A stretch of 64,000 bases of DNA from Azolla caroliniana. Its lineage: Eukaryota > Plantae > Polypodiophyta. Positions 10,967-25,176 of the stretch are shown here, piece after piece (position 1 is the stretch's first letter; every line of letters starts with the position of its first letter). The notes beneath the pieces are model-generated. The model was not told the origin of the DNA. It saw only the letters and a program-made list of their open reading frames with translations, and did not search any database. The DNA lies in contig JBHGNT010000008.1 of the NCBI GenBank assembly GCA_043228905.1, positions 16,678,001-16,742,000 of the forward strand, in the 5' to 3' direction. Both the position numbers and the translations under genes were made by a program.

Positions 10967-11377
10967 ATGGAGATGGAAGAAGACATCGACTTCGAGGAGA
11001 TGATAGCAAAGATCGTGATAGAAGCCAGACGGAAGATGGCGAAGCGAGATGCGACTCAACAAGTCGTCGAAAGGGTGGTCGATCGAGTCGGCCGGTTCAA
11101 TGGGAATGAGGTCCCAAAATTTTTGGGAGCCTACAAGGCCCAGATGGCGAAAGGGGGCGTGGACGAGGCGATGCGACTAGAGTATTTTCCTCGAGTGGCG
11201 GCCGTATCGGTGCACAAGGAGGTCAAGGAGCTACGAGAAGCTCACGAGTCATGGGAGTCCTTTGAGGGAGCTCTATTGAACGCATACGGATATGCGAAAC
11301 CGGAGTGGGTATGTCGGCAACCCGATGGGGAGCGGTCGACAACAACGTGGCCCACGAGCGGCGGTTTCGGGTCCTAA
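10967..11377 (+). pseudogene. Truncated Gag N-terminus of the Gypsy-like element
   Basis: It lies directly after the PBS. RFNGNEVPKFLGAY...RLEYFPRV...SWESFEGALLNAY resembles a Gag capsid segment. Confidence 0.6.
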
Positions 11378-11890
11378 CCCACACTGGTCCTAGAGGCTCC
11401 GGCGGTCGGCCCGAGTGCCGGCGTAAGACCTAGAGCGACGGGCGGTGCCGGCGGCAAGCGTAATCGAGGCTTGCGCGATCGGAGGCGGGGTAGCCGCGGA
11501 CAACGACGTCCAGACGGAAGCGGCTACGGACACAACGAGCGGAGGTGTCGGGTCCTTACCCACACCGGTCCTAGAGGCTCCGGCGGTCGGCCCAAGTGCC
11601 AGCATAAGACCTAGAGCGACGGGCGGTGGCCGCGGCAAGGCGGGAAACCGAGACGATGACATGAGAGAGACGGGGGCAAGCGTAATCGAGGCTTGCACGA
11701 TCGGAGGCGGGGTGGCCGCAGACAACGACGTCCAGACGGAGGCGGCTACGGACACAACGAGCGGTGGTGTCGGGTCCCTACCCACACTGGTCCTAGAGGC
11801 TCCGGCAGTCAGCCCGAGTGTCGGCGTGAGACCTAGAGCGATGGGCAGTGGCGGTGGCAAGGCGGGCAACCAAGACGACGACGAGGAGAA
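11340..11890 (+). repeat. Internal tandem duplications (about 222-bp unit) in the GC-rich body of the Gypsy-like element
   Basis: GCAAGCGTAATCGAGGCTTG...CCTAGAGGCTCCGGC...GACCTAGAGCGA is repeated, and the translated block ASVIEAC...PAV appears twice. Confidence 0.8.
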
Positions 11891-14758
11891 CGAGGAAGAG
11901 ATAGCCACGGACCACGGCGTCCGAACGAAGGTGGCTACGAACATGACATCGGTGAGTAACTGTACCGGTACTTTTCCCACACCTATTCTAGAGACTTCGG
12001 CGGCTGGCCCCGAGAGCCCACGTGAGACCGAAGAGATGGAAGATGGTGGCGGCAAAGCGGGTGATCGAAACGACGACGAGGAAGGTCATAGCGGACGGAG
12101 GAGAGACCCCTCGACACTGGGGTTGGAGACTACAGTGGCTGCGCTCGAATGCCAACATAAGACCGGAGAGAAGGGCGGTGGCCGTGAGGATGCAAGGCCC
12201 GAAACGAGCTTATACAAGAGGACCGACGGAGAGGTCGGGAGCGGCAAAGAGGAGAGAGTCGGGAACTGACCCAACCGGAAGATGAGTCGGTCGATAATCC
12301 AACACGACTGGAAGACGATGCGGAAGAAGATTGGAGCGGGGTCCAGTCAACCGGGCCCGAACCGAAGACGAGCCGGCAAGGCCAGATTTGTTCGGACAAA
12401 CATGTATCAGCCGGTTACGATTACGGAAGGGAGCCGACTAAACTGGAACTCGATCGGCCGAGACCGATACGGGCGAAGGCTAAGTCGGCATGATTGGAGG
12501 TCGAGGCGAACGAGCCACAACACCCGGTGGGAGCCGGTGAGCGCGAGAAGGAGGCCAAGCATGCACGAGGAGTACGACTCGGAGGGAGGCCAAGAGCGAG
12601 AGGAGCCCGCCACATCTATCCTTGAGACATTGGCGGTTGCGGATCGACGTAAGACCAAAGAGATGGTGGATGGCGGCGACTAGTCGGAAGCCGGAGCGGA
12701 CGAGGATACTGGAACGGGTATCCGATAGGGAATGACGGACGAGCGGGCCCAAGACGATAAGTTGGGGTCGGAAGGGGCTACGGCAACGAAGGGAGAAGAG
12801 GCCGACGTGGAGGTCGGGACTACGGCGGGAGAAGCGTGCAACATGAAGCATGCATTACGGCGTAAAATGGAGCATGCACTACGGCCGGCGAAGGGCCAAG
12901 AAGCAAGCATGAACCCGGAAGAGCGGCAACGAGTGACCGGCAACGGCAGACCAGTCGAGCCTTTGAGAGGCAAGCACGCGGCAAGAGACGAAGCGGTAAG
13001 TTGCCGGGATCGACGAACGAATGACGAGAGCGGAGGATGGTGCGTGGAGAGCAAAGAACTACGCACCGGGCAAAGAAAAAGTGGCAGCCTGGAGGACGTG
13101 CGGGGCCAAGCGGGTCGGGATGCAAGTCGGGATGAAGCGGTAACGAGATCCGCGAAGAACCCCGACACGAAGGTCGGGATGACGATACGCTCTACTACGA
13201 GAGAGCACGGACAGCAAGGGAGAATCAAGGTGCGCGTAATGGGGTCACCTAGGGACCAAAGAATGAGCGTGCATTCAGAGGAGCCGCAACGAGTGACCGA
13301 TGATGACGGTCGGAGGAAGCCTTCGAGAGGCAAGCGCGGGACGACGGACGGTGCGACGAGACGCCAAGATCAACAAAACGAGACAAGCGTGATCGACATG
13401 AACGAAGGATTGTGTCTGGGAAAACGAAGGAGATGCGTGGAGAACGGACGGACGGTGCGACGAGACGCCAAGATCGACAAAACGAGACGAGCGTGATCGG
13501 CATGAACGAAGGATTGTGTCTAGGAAAACGGTGGAGATGCGTGGAGAACGGAGGGTCACGTACCGTGAAGAGCAAACGGGGCATCCCAAAGGATGTGTGC
13601 GGCCAAGCGAACCAGGTGGACCAAGAGGGTGTACCTCAGGGCGAAGCGGCAACATCGGAGGTTGCGGAGGACACCGAAGACGAGAGCACCGACACGGATG
13701 TCGAGGAAGTAACGTACCTTTTCGAAAGGGTAGGCAGAGCGAAGCGGAGTGCGAGATGTGCGATGTGCGATGTGGCCGCGTAAGGGCCAAGTGACGAGCA
13801 CGAGGATGATCGACGACGAAGTTCGGCGCGCGACAGTGCCGAGTGGAGGAAGCAGCCGAGGCAAGACATGCGTGGACGAAGAGCACACAGTGCGATATTC
13901 GGCAAACAGTCGGGAAGAACGAGGATTCGGTCCAAGGTCGCACGAGGAAAACGAAGGAAGACAAAGAGAGGTGTGCGAAGACCGGGTCTGGGGAACCGGG
14001 TAGAGACAATGGTTCAGCGAACTCCGTCAAGTATGGTGGATCAGATGGAGCCGACGGTTCGAGAGCATACGACGGATATGGCGGACCGGGAGGCTACGGT
14101 GGTCGATGTGGGACGGATGAGCTTGCTCGAAGTGGAAGACGAAGTCGGGCAAAGCTGACAAAGATGCTAAGGACTCGGTTGACCGCCATGGCCAAAAATC
14201 TCACCTATTACCCCTTCTTGGCACATACCGGTGGATGTGCAGTTTGGTGGGGGCGGATGTTGTGAAGATTTTCGTCCATAGGGGGAAACCGGGGTGGAAT
14301 GGGCAAGTCGGTGGTGTGCAACATGTGCACATGTATACTAGGATATGGTGTATACAAAGAGAGGGGAAATTTTATCCCACATTGTAAGGTCCCTCCCTCC
14401 TTGGGCTATAAAAGGAAGGGAGGGGTCACTTATGAAGGGTTGCCTATTTTGCATATGAGAGGTATACCACTTAGTCTAGAGTTCTTACCGCTTTAGGGTT
14501 AGGGTTTCGGTTAGGGTTTTCTCATAGTTTTGGTGCGGTCCATGCGGCCACCATTGTTGTAATCATTCATTCGTTTTAACATAACTTGTTGAGTTTCTTG
14601 CCTCCGCCGATCTCTCCTTCTATGTCATGGTCTTATTCTTTCCTCTTCTCCTCTTGAGCTAAGCCTCCATATCATGTCTTATTCTTTCTCCTCTACTCCC
14701 TAGTTCGAGACCCCCGTGGTCCCGCCCCTTCTACACGCATGCGCGTAACAACGCGACA

Positions 14759-17700
14759 ACACAATCATCAGGGTTAGAAAAAAGCTCGATCAATCAATTA
14801 ATTAAATGTTAGGGCTTTTGGTATGGGTTCACTAGACTTTCGTCGCTAGAAAAATGGCGCAACTTCTTCATCATAGCTGGGCACATGATATAATTTATGA
14901 CGTTTTGCTCATTCACATGTGCCCGAGCCTTCTTCTTAGAAATTGCCTTGTAGTACCCCATGCACAAATGCTCAACAATGCTCACCATTCGATCGCCTAG
15001 GGTATGAGTTATATTCATTTTAACCCTATTTGTAATGGAATGGAAATAAGTTAATATCATCAAATAATCTATTTAGTATGTGCAATTGAAACCATATATA
15101 AAATATATAGCAACTTAAAGCTTACCAATGCACGTGTTCAGTTGCATGGCATCTCGACTTTAATGCAGTATTGACCAATAAAGACTGACCCATACTATGA
15201 AATATTACTATTCGCCACAAGGGAGCCAAGGTCAACTCTGCAAAGTCCTTCGCCATCTTTTCTATTTGAGGATATTTATACGGCACGTCGTCATATGTGG
15301 ATCCCGTTATTTGAAGTCCATATGGTATATCTGCAATGAGCAATGTATAATGCCTCTTGGGTAATATGTCAAGCATATTAACCACATCACCATTATATAC
15401 ACCTTGATTGTATCCAAGTCTTCAAGCACCTCTAGCTCCTTTCCTTTCGTCATTCGGTTTTCATATTTCGCTCGTTCCAAATGAGTAATGAATGCCCTTG
15501 ATATGCCTTCATTACTATCACCTAGCTTCTTCGAACGAGGTGGTTTCTGCAATTATAAGATTTATAAGAAAATGCGCATTATCCTAAAATCAATTATAGA
15601 AGATATAGACACACATACCCATTCTCTAAACACAATGACGAATTCTTCAAGAGCCTTGTACGATGATGTTTTTGGGCACGATTGCTCCACTTCTTCCCAC
15701 GTAGGCAGGGAAAAAAATTTCATCATCAACTCTTGTATCTCATGTAAACCTTATGGCTAAAAAACATTACACATAAAGGTCAAAATCAAGAGTAAATTAA
15801 CAAAGCAATCCAAACAAAAACAATATTACAAAAAGACTACTCACTTTTGAAATTCTGTAACCAACAGATATTAATAATCTATCATCTTTTATTCCTTGTA
15901 ATGACCGCCATGGAAGCAGCTTCATATCCTTGGCTAATCCTTCTATCACTAAATCACTTCTACATGACTTAGACTTTATCTCCAATTGAGGGTCCAACTT
16001 TGCGTTCTTTGAACGTTAATCCTTTATCTCTTTCCACTCCCACATAATAAATATTTGATCTTGAAGGTCCCAAACCTCCCCTATTCTAAAAGCGAGCTGA
16101 AACCATGAGTCATACTTTCTCAGGCCTTTAGATTTTGTGCTTTCGTCAACTGCTATCCCCACTCTAACAGACATTGTCGTCGCAAACCACAATGAAGCCT
16201 AGGACCATATCTCTGCAAAGCATCAAGGTACTCGTGATGAAAGAACCTAATGCGCTCTATACATGACAACTTTTGTCTGTAGTCATTGTCATTATTATGG
16301 TCCCAAGCTAGCAACTTGGCTTCTTGATGTGTAAGACCAGCATACACTTTACATTTTGCATATTTGAAGAAGGGGGTAAGAGGATATTCCTTGACAAGCT
16401 GACAGCGGGCTTCAGCAAAGTGGGATCCTCCAATGACGTAGTATGTATAATCATCTGCCGAATTGTACTTGAAGTCCACTACATTTGAGCATTGATCTAG
16501 GTCTACCATTACAAGGAATGGCACAACAATAGCATGTGTATTTATCTTCATCTTGCTTTTCAAATTTTGCACATGCACTGCATGGGGCTCTCTTATCTCT
16601 AAAGCATGTCCTTTACAGAAAGTTTAGTCTTCGCGATGTTTTCACATATCCGATTTTGTTCAAAGGTGAGTATTCTTGAGGCAATCTGCCCACCTAGAGT
16701 AATTACTTCTAATTGTGTGCCTTCCTCCTCATCTTCGACAAACTCTAAAACTTCAGGTTCGTCGTCCTTAGGGTGCTACCGTTTCTTGTATTTCTTATGG
16801 TTCAGATTTTGGTTTTCGAGTAGACTTCGGCAGGGTCTCTGCTTGTGCAACCATGAGTTCTCCTTTAATGTAAGGGTGCAATGCGACAATCAAGTTGTTT
16901 TTTGTTTGAACATCTTTTTTTAGGGTTTTGTGGTGGTAGGAGTCTGTCACAAAATAGCCCTCATCAACTTGAACCCTGCACATTCCCCCTAAGCTCTCAA
17001 TATCATGCAGTAGGTTTGGTGAATCATTATCTTCATATTCAACATTCTTTATTTGGTCGTATGTAAAGGTCTTGCCCACTTGCAACTTGCCCTTACCTTC
17101 AGACTTCGCACATATGAGGAGCAAGTCCCCCTCTTCCTCAGTATAAATCAATGTCCATTCTAAATGGAGGTAACTCTTGAGGTGAGGCGCAATGGGCTTA
17201 TCGGTCAATGTCTTCACAATGTTGCCTACTGATGACTTCGATGTTCTGTCACCTCCCGACTCAATTAAGGTTCTTCTAGAAGGCACTTTTGCGATGTTGT
17301 CAAAAGGCTTTTTGGTCCGGGTAGGAAATCTTCAATTTAATTGATGGAAACTTTTGACGAGGTTCACTGCAAATAGTAGGCAATAACATAATCATATGAA
17401 AATCTTATTGAAAATGGATATCAAAGGTTAAAACTAGGAAAAACTTTGTTAAAATCAATATAAAAGTCATTAATTTAATCTAAATTAGTATTTAAAGCAC
17501 TAAAAAAATAGTCATTAAACTGTCAATAAAAATTCTTTCAACCACACATTACACACAAATTTGTGCTCTTTCAACGTGAACTCGATGCAGTGGATTGAGT
17601 TCTCAATGAAAGCACTAGGCATTCAACGAGAGCTCGATGCACTAAATATACAAGAACTCAATTAAGTGCATCGAGTTCCCTTTTGAAAATTTGATTTAAA

Positions 17701-17781
17701 AAAGCATCTTTTTGGAATCTTTACAGAATCTTAAAAATCGGTTAAAATAAGACACCTAGAAATTTTCTTCCCCTTGATCAT
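14759..17781 (-). pseudogene. ParB-MTase gene, copy 2 (continues at 3597-3571 on the far side of the LTR element)
   Basis: Homologous to copy 1: MIKGKKIS exon 1, YVIGGSHFAEARCQL, LLIADIPYG, ATEHVHW and LVNPYQKP. Joining the LTR flanks gives LIELFSNPDDCVLNLFSGT. Several frameshifts are present. Confidence 0.85.
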
Positions 17782-18020
17782 GGTGCTGGTGTTGAGTGAG
17801 TGACCTAAGAGATGAAAACTGAGAGTGCTAGATAGCTTTTGTGCTCTTGAACTCTTGAAAATCTTGAACACGATAATGACAATGAGAAGAGGACTTTCCT
17901 TTATATAGTAATATTTTATTTTATTTTTTAATTTAATAAAATTATTTTTAATGTGGCTTATTATTGAAGAATTTTTTTCAACTATTTTCACTTATTTTAT
18001 CTTAGTTGGCCTTAGTCAAG

Positions 18021-19047
18021 ATGTCCTCAACATCGAGTAAAAATTCTCTATTTTCTATTGAGCCTTTTACATTATCTGATAATTCATTATTCTCAACCGA
18101 GGAATATAATCATGTAAATATTAAACGGTGCCATGTAGAGTCCAACGATGATATTGGGCAAAGTTCAAATTCACTTTTTTCAATCGAGCCTTTTAACTTA
18201 GGTAGTCTTCAAAAAAATATAGTTACAAATAATGAAGAGGTTGATTTATCTAATGTTGACAAGGATCACTTCAATTAGCCTCTGAATTTTCGAAGAGTTT
18301 CCCAACAAGTGAGTGTTAAAAAAATATAATTTTTTGTGTTTAGATCGTCAAATTGCATATGATACAAGAAAACCATGTTGTGGGAATCTTTTGCTTTCGA
18401 AATTTGGAAAGGCAAACTTGAGGGGGTTGCGACAAAAGTATTTGTCACTTAATGGTAATGAACAAGATACTTTTATGATTTCACATATGCAACTTTTTAA
18501 GGACCATACTGTAGAGCCAACTTCAATGCATCTGGAATATTACCTTTCACTTAGTATGAAGGGTTGTCGAGTTGCTTTCAAAATTGCTTATAGCATTGGT
18601 AGCATGAGGCTCCAGAGAATTCAACATCGATTAGTAAAGGGCTCGTGGGTACCTTTCAACAATAAAGAATCTAGATGTAAGGGTCTGATTGGGCGGAATG
18701 CCATTAGGTGGATGATGTTATGCCTACTACTGGAAGATTACATTTGTCACATAACTTCACTCATCGTGAGGTATACCAAGCATATAAGGATGACATGTCA
18801 TTAGAAAGTGTACCTTAAATGCATTATCGGCATTTTAATCGATTATGGAGATTGAGGTTTAACAATTTGGTCATACCGCGTATGGTCCGAATGGGTGTTT
18901 CTTCTGTATGTGCTAATTTAAAAAGCATGGCAAAAGTGGAAGATAAGATGACGAAATAAAGGGTTATATGAATTTATTAAAAGAATATCGAGAAAGTCAA
19001 GCATTGGAAATATCTAAAGCTATGCACCATCAACAAAAAGCGCTTCA
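18021..19047 (+). pseudogene. Sola-like transposase copy 2, N-terminal part
   Basis: MSSTSSKNSLFSIEPF matches the start of copy 1. It is interrupted at KALQ|SPE by the Sola2 element. Confidence 0.85.
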
Positions 19048-19317
19048 GGGTCGAAGCATGCTACGGTGTACCAACTTTTGGCCAAAAATTTAGTACTAAA
19101 TCGAAGAAGAAAAGAAACATTAAAAATTGTAAATAAATTTCAAAAAACCAAAAACAAATTCATTACGTCACACTCGAATGTTCAAAGATATTATACGTCA
19201 CACTTGAATGTCCCTAGGCCATATTTAATGCATTAAGTGTTGCCCCAGTCTCCTAGGTAGAGTTGTACGAAAGCACACCTGGAGAAGGTTTCCATTGTGA
19301 CAGGTGGTCAGTGTCAA

Positions 19318-19372
19318 TCTCTCTCTCTCTGGTATTGGTAGTCGAACGTGTCAGTTGGTATGTCTCTCTCTC

Positions 19373-19406
<34 letters not shown>

Positions 19407-19495
19407 GTCTCGAAGTTGTCAGACAGACACCTTCGAAGGTCTGTTTCTCTCTGTCTCTCACTCACTCTCTGTCTCTCTGTCTCTCTGTCTCTCTG

Positions 19496-19541
<46 letters not shown>

Positions 19542-19900
19542 GTCTCGAAGTTGTCAGACAGACACCGTCGAGGGTCTGTTTCTCTTTGTCTCTCACTCAC
19601 TCTCTGTCTCTCTCTCTCTCTCTTCTACCTCGAAGTTGTCAGACAGACACCTTCGAAGGTCTGTTTCTCTCTGTCTCTCACTCCACCTTCGAAGGTCTCT
19701 TTCTTTCTTTCTTTCTGTTTCTCTCTCTCACTCCACCTTCGATTCTCTGTTTCCCCGTTGTTGTTGTTCTTGTGTTCCCCTCTGTGCCAGGTTCGATCTC
19801 TGAACTCTGTATACGCAGCAGCCTCTGCAGCAGCCTCTGAAGTTTGTCTCCTCTGCAGCAGCCTCTGAAGTTTGCTCGTTTGTCTCCTCTGCAGCAGCCT
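19318..19900. repeat. Compound CT microsatellite with repeated TCTCGAAGTTGTCAGACAGACACC blocks and CTCTGCAGCAGCCTCTGA repeats
   Basis: Seen directly. It explains the low-complexity SL/ER ORFs here. Confidence 0.9.
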
Positions 19901-20674
19901 CTGACGTTTTGCTCGTTTGTCATCCTGAAGTTTTCTCATTTGTCTCCCAAGGTATCGAAATCAAGACGGTGTGGTACCTCTGCAAGTTTAGCGACCTCCA
20001 GGTATTCTCTGTGTTGCATGCCCAACTGGTATGTATTCTTTTTCTGAATGTTTCCTCTCTGTCTGTTTTTTATTTGTATGTGTATGACCATTTGTAGGTT
20101 TTGATTATTCATAGTCTATGTGTTGCATGCCCAACTGGTATGTTTTTGTTTTCTCTGTGTTTCTCTGTGTTTCTTTTAAAAATGTATCACAATATTTTGT
20201 TCGATGTGGTTGTGTGTTAGACATGTTTGTACATGTGGCCAAAATGGAGTTGGCTATGATGAGTTGCTATGTTTTTGTTTTGTTAATGTTTCATGTCCAT
20301 CTGTTTTTATTTTGTGTGAGTTTGGCATGGATGAGTTTTTTTCCTACTATTTTGGGTTTTTGTATGTTGGACATGGCTTGTACATGCGATGTGATGGAGT
20401 TGGTTATGATGATTTACAAAGTTTTCGTTTTCTTTGACTTTCCTATTCGTCTGTTTTTATTTTCTGTGTGTTTGACATGGATGAGTTTTATTTTCTGTGT
20501 GTTTGACTATTTAGGGTTATTGTGTGTTGATTTGCAATGTGATGATTTGCTATGTGGTTTGTACATGTGGTTTGTACATGCAATGTGATGATTTGCTATG
20601 TGTTGATGGTAATTGCGATGTGTTGATGGTAATTGATTTGCTATGTGTTGATGAGAATTGTGTTGACTAGGAAA

Positions 20675-23600
20675 ATGACGAGAAGGACACCCATAAAGAA
20701 GACATTGATGAAAGAGAAAGTGAAGACACCAGTGAAGGAAGGAAGAAGGACACCCATGAAAGAAAGCAAGAAGACACCCACAAGAGAAAGGGTGATGAAT
20801 TCATCAACACAGAGAAAGAAGACCTGGCAGTACCAGTCCATCAGTCGAGACACACCTCTTGGATGGAATTATTTCCTTCGGGCACGACCTGACGTTTACC
20901 CAGAGCTGAGAGAGTGGTTGTTAAAAACCTGGGGGTCAGCACATCCCGACACAAGGCGAGGATTCCACATGAGTGGTTTGAAGAGGGAATACATCAATTT
21001 ATTGAAGACGAGATACGAACATGTTTATGATACAAATCAAATCACTAACAATGAGGTGGGTACTGTTTTTGCACGTGCTTTTGCATGTGAAGTTCAAGGT
21101 GGCATCGACGTTAATTGGGAAGATTTTAATCGGCACCGGTCAGAACATTACAAAGGGTCCTCCAGTACCAACACTGGCTTGAAGTCATCTGGAACCTCTC
21201 ATGTGGATATTCCAGCTACAACACCTGTCCAACAAGTTCTAGAGGCAAAGGTACGGGCCACAATGACTGAAAAACATGAACAGATGATGGCTGGTTGCAT
21301 AGCTTCTATGAGCTCAAGAATACAAGCACTACTTGCTGATTTGGAAGCAGTTAAATCAGCTGAGATACAGGCAGAAAAGAAATTTTCTTCAATAAAGACT
21401 ACATATGAATGGATTGCATCGACAATCCAAAATTCAGAAAGTGAGGTGTTGAAAGAGGAGTTGAAGAAAGAGCTGAACAATATGGGTGCTCAATTACATT
21501 CACAGATGACAGACCTTGATACTTGCAGGAATGCACATGAAGAAATAGATAATAAGTTGTCAGCCTTAAAGTTGCATTCTGAGAACCTTGCATGCTTGAT
21601 GCAGGATTTAAAACATAATGGTTTTGATACTTTGTGTCCATCTGTAATTGAGCACCCAAGTGGTATAGAAAGTACCATTACTAGTATAGCTATATCACGG
21701 TATTAGCTTTAAAAGTTATTTATTTCTACTTTTATGGTATAAATAAGTGAGCAGCTAATATATTATAACTTGTGTTTGCAATCTTCCAGGTGTATATTTT
21801 GTGGCCTCGGATTCAAGCTGGAGGCTATGGATGTTGTGATTACACCATGCTTGCACACATATCATGTGCTATGTGCTAAGTATCATTTTGAGAAAGAGAA
21901 TACATGTATGGACTGTAAAACTACAATTGCGGCTGAGTGGTACTATGCTTGGGGTTTAAAAGTACACCCGTACGGTATGTGGCTCTACTATTCTATTGTT
22001 TGTATTATATAATGTCAATTATCATTTGGACTAGAACTAGTGTATGCCACAATTCATACTTAAAATTTAGGAGAACAATGGATTAGTATTAGTGTATCTC
22101 TAACAACAATGGGATAGTATTGGCAGTACTCTTAATATATAATTGGTATGTGTAGTTAGTTGAAGGGATATTTTCCAGAATTAGTAGTACTAAAAGGGAA
22201 CCAGGTACAACATCGTCCAATCTATATTGTAACTTGCCTAGTATTAGTTTAGTAAACACTATACTTATAGTACACTGTTGACTGTTAGTATTGTTTGTGT
22301 AACTTGGAAATTAGTACTAGTAATGTAATTTGGGAACAAGGTGTCACTTAAATTGCTGAATAATAGTACAGTTTCTGTAATTTGGAAATGAGGTGTGTGA
22401 AACACATATCACGTTTAGTACTAATACTGTTCAAGTTCAATACTGTTGGTGTAATTAGTACAAGTTATGTAACTAGGTGTGTAGAACACATATCACGTTT
22501 AGTATTACTTGTGTGCAAAATACCAATCTACATTTGTTGGATTAGTACTTAGTAATTACTACATTGTTCATGATTAGTACTAGTTTTGTACTTTGTGAAC
22601 TAAGTTTCTAGTACATTGCTCATGATTAGTAATAGTTTTGTAACTAAGTGAGTAGTACATTGCTCATGATTAGTACTAGTTTTGTAATTTGGGAACTGAG
22701 TAGTACTTTGTTCCCTATTAGTACTAGATTTGTACCTTATTTGTGTAAATTGGTAACTAAGTGAGTAGTATATTGTGCATGATTAGTACTATTTGTGTAA
22801 TTTGGGAACTAAGTGAGCAGTACATTGTTCGGGATTAGTACTAGTTCAGTGATTTAGGAAATAAGTGAGTAGTACATTGTTCAAGATTAGTACTACTTAT
22901 AAATTTGACAAAGTCAGTGGTGCATTTTTCGGGATTAGTACTTGTGCATGATTAGTACTACTTGTGTATATTGTGCATGATTAGTACTATTTGTGTAATT
23001 TGCGAACTAAGTGAGCAGTACATTGTTCCTTATAAGTACTAGTCCACTAATTTAGGAAACAAGTGAGTAGTACATTGTTCATGATTAGTACAGTGGTACA
23101 TTGTTTGGGATTAGTACTCCTTGTGTAACATGGTAACTAAGTGAGTAGTATATTCTGCATGATTAGTACTACTTGTGTATATTGTGCATGATTAGTACTA
23201 CTTGTGTAAATTGGGAACTAAGTGAGCAGTACATTGTTCCTTATTAGTACTAGTTCAGTAAATTAGGAACTATGTGAGGAGTACATTGTGACCTACATTG
23301 TATATTTTAGATGATGGTACTAACGTTCAACGTTTTTTTGTTTCTTGCAATGAATGTCGTAGTGTCAAGCAACTCCACGCCAGGGAAGGTCATGGAACTA
23401 CCAGCCCCTGTGCCTAAACCCTCAATATCTGCCGCACATTCCAAGGTTCAGGGACCATCATTACCAATAACCTATGATTTTTATGATGAGGATGAATGTA
23501 TGAGAAGGGCCATTGGAGCAGTGGAACATATGCTTCTACAAACAAATTCCCCAAGCTCCGGTCAACAATTTGAAATAGAGCCCACTAAGAAGAGAAATGA

Positions 23601-25176
23601 TGTGTCTTTAGAAATAGAGCCCAGTAAGAAGAGAAATGCTGCAAGAATGTTGTATGGAAACGGCAAGAAAAGGAAAGTTGAATGCAATGGTGAGTCATAT
23701 AAGTTCTCACCTGTCAGGAGCGTTGTCAACCTAATCCATTGTCTAATACCATGTACTTGTGTTGCTAGCTGATGACGAAATGATATTTGGTGACGGAGAT
23801 ACGAGTTCAAAACCTGATCGTGAAGACGAATTTATCACACTCCCAGGTAAACGTCAAAAGCCAGACTTTGAAAACAATGATTTAGCTCATAACAACCCTA
23901 TTATATTGTTGCTTTTGGTGCATTCTATAGATCATAGCAACACTGTTGAGCACCTAGATGTTGTGGAGAAGATGACCGAGCCCACCACTTGCAATGGGGT
24001 ATCTACGGCTGTACAGTATGACCATGTAACATTAGGTAAAAATGTGGCCCAAAACCCTATGTTCATTGTTTGCAAACTTTTGAGTATGTGAGTTGATACT
24101 AATATTGTTTGGAATCCCATTAATTAGGTTTACAAGAGCAGCCTGAATCGGGAACTTCATGGAGCACAAGTGCAGAGTCAGATTATGGGATTAACCTTTC
24201 CACGGAGGCAGATTCTGGAAGCACATCTTCCACACATGAGGATTGTGAGAAAAACGAAGCATTCATATGTGAAGAGCAGCTGGCATGTCCAAACAACAGT
24301 ATGTCTAAAGAAGCCCATGAGGAGTGTGGAAAGAATATGGCAAGTACTGAAGAGAAGATTGAAGCCCATGAAGAGTCTGGAAAGAATATGGCAAGTACTG
24401 AAGAGAAGATTGAAGCCTATGAAGACTCTGGAAAGAATATGGCAAGTACTGAAGAGAAGATTGAAGCTCATGAAGAGTGTGGAAAGAATATGGCAAGTAC
24501 TGAAGAGAAGACTGAAGCCCATGAAGAGTGTGGAAAGAATATGGCAAGTACTGAAGAGCAGACTGATTGTACTGATAATGTGTTAGTAGTGTCTACTGAT
24601 AATGTGCTAGTACTGTCTAAAGATTCTGATGAGGAGTATGGAAAGAACATTGCTAGTAATGAAGAGGAGCTTGATTGTACTGAGAATGCCCAAATGGATC
24701 GTGGAAAGAACATCGCTTTCCCTGAAGATAAGCCTGATTGTACAGAATCACATGAGGAGCCTGATTGTACAGATAAGCCTGATTGTACACGTAGTCTTAA
24801 GAATGAGTTGACAGCCACCGTACAAGAGGAGTTGACCATGACTACTGCCATAGTCCACATACAGGAGTCTAATAAGAACGAGTGTACAGGCATCATTGAT
24901 GATGATAGGGGAATAAAGATGAGTGATAATTTGACTATCGACAGCACCTTTGTGGATTTGTGTACAAGCATTGCAGTTGCAGAAAACACAGTTGCTCTCT
25001 CAAGCTTGCCACCAGTACAAGGTGCCCGCGCATCCACGCCTATCTCTGATGCCTCTGATGATGAAGTGCCACTTAGTCAGCTCATACCTAAAGGCTTTAA
25101 GATAAAGAAGAATGTAAAATCTGGCACCAACAACAAGCGCATTACAAGATCGGCCAAGTTACCCTCTAGTGCCTGA
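20675..25176 (+). CDS. Sola2 passenger gene: basic N-terminus, coiled coil, RING-H2 finger and acidic repeat tail (about 922 aa)
   Basis: Predicted exons 20675-21699, 21790-21974, 23363-23689, 23769-23846, 23931-24035 and 24128-25176 are all GT-AG and phase-compatible. RING motif: CIFC-x15-CLHTYHVLC-x10-CMDC. Confidence 0.72.
22030..23310. repeat. Degenerate AGTACT-rich tandem repeats in intron 2 of the RING gene
   Basis: Recurring GATTAGTACTA, AACTAAGTGAGTAGTACATTG and TTGTGTAA motifs. Confidence 0.8.
24310..24560 (+). repeat. Coding minisatellite, 51-bp unit (EAHEECGKNMASTEEKI)
   Basis: Five near-identical units of GAAGCCCATGAAGAGTGTGGAAAGAATATGGCAAGTACTGAAGAGAAGATT. Confidence 0.9.

Larger units (their letters stand above)
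3598..14758 (+). mobile_element. Non-autonomous Gypsy-like LTR retrotransposon (501-bp LTRs at 3598-4098 and 14258-14758)
   Basis: TG...CA LTRs differ at about 9 positions. PBS TGGTGAACCCGGCGTG (tRNA-Trp-like, 10934-10949) is displaced by the nested DNA transposon. A purine-rich tract GGTGGGGGCGGA precedes the 3' LTR. The TSD is ACGC/ACAC (4 bp, one CpG-type mismatch). No RT or integrase is seen. Confidence 0.88.

Noticed and set aside
11390-14265. Many 100-270 aa overlapping ORFs on both strands
   Set aside because: GC-rich, stop-poor interior of a non-autonomous LTR element with no domain motifs.
19263-20588. Several overlapping SL-rich, ER-rich or hydrophobic ORFs
   Set aside because: They are products of CT microsatellite and TG-rich intron/UTR sequence.
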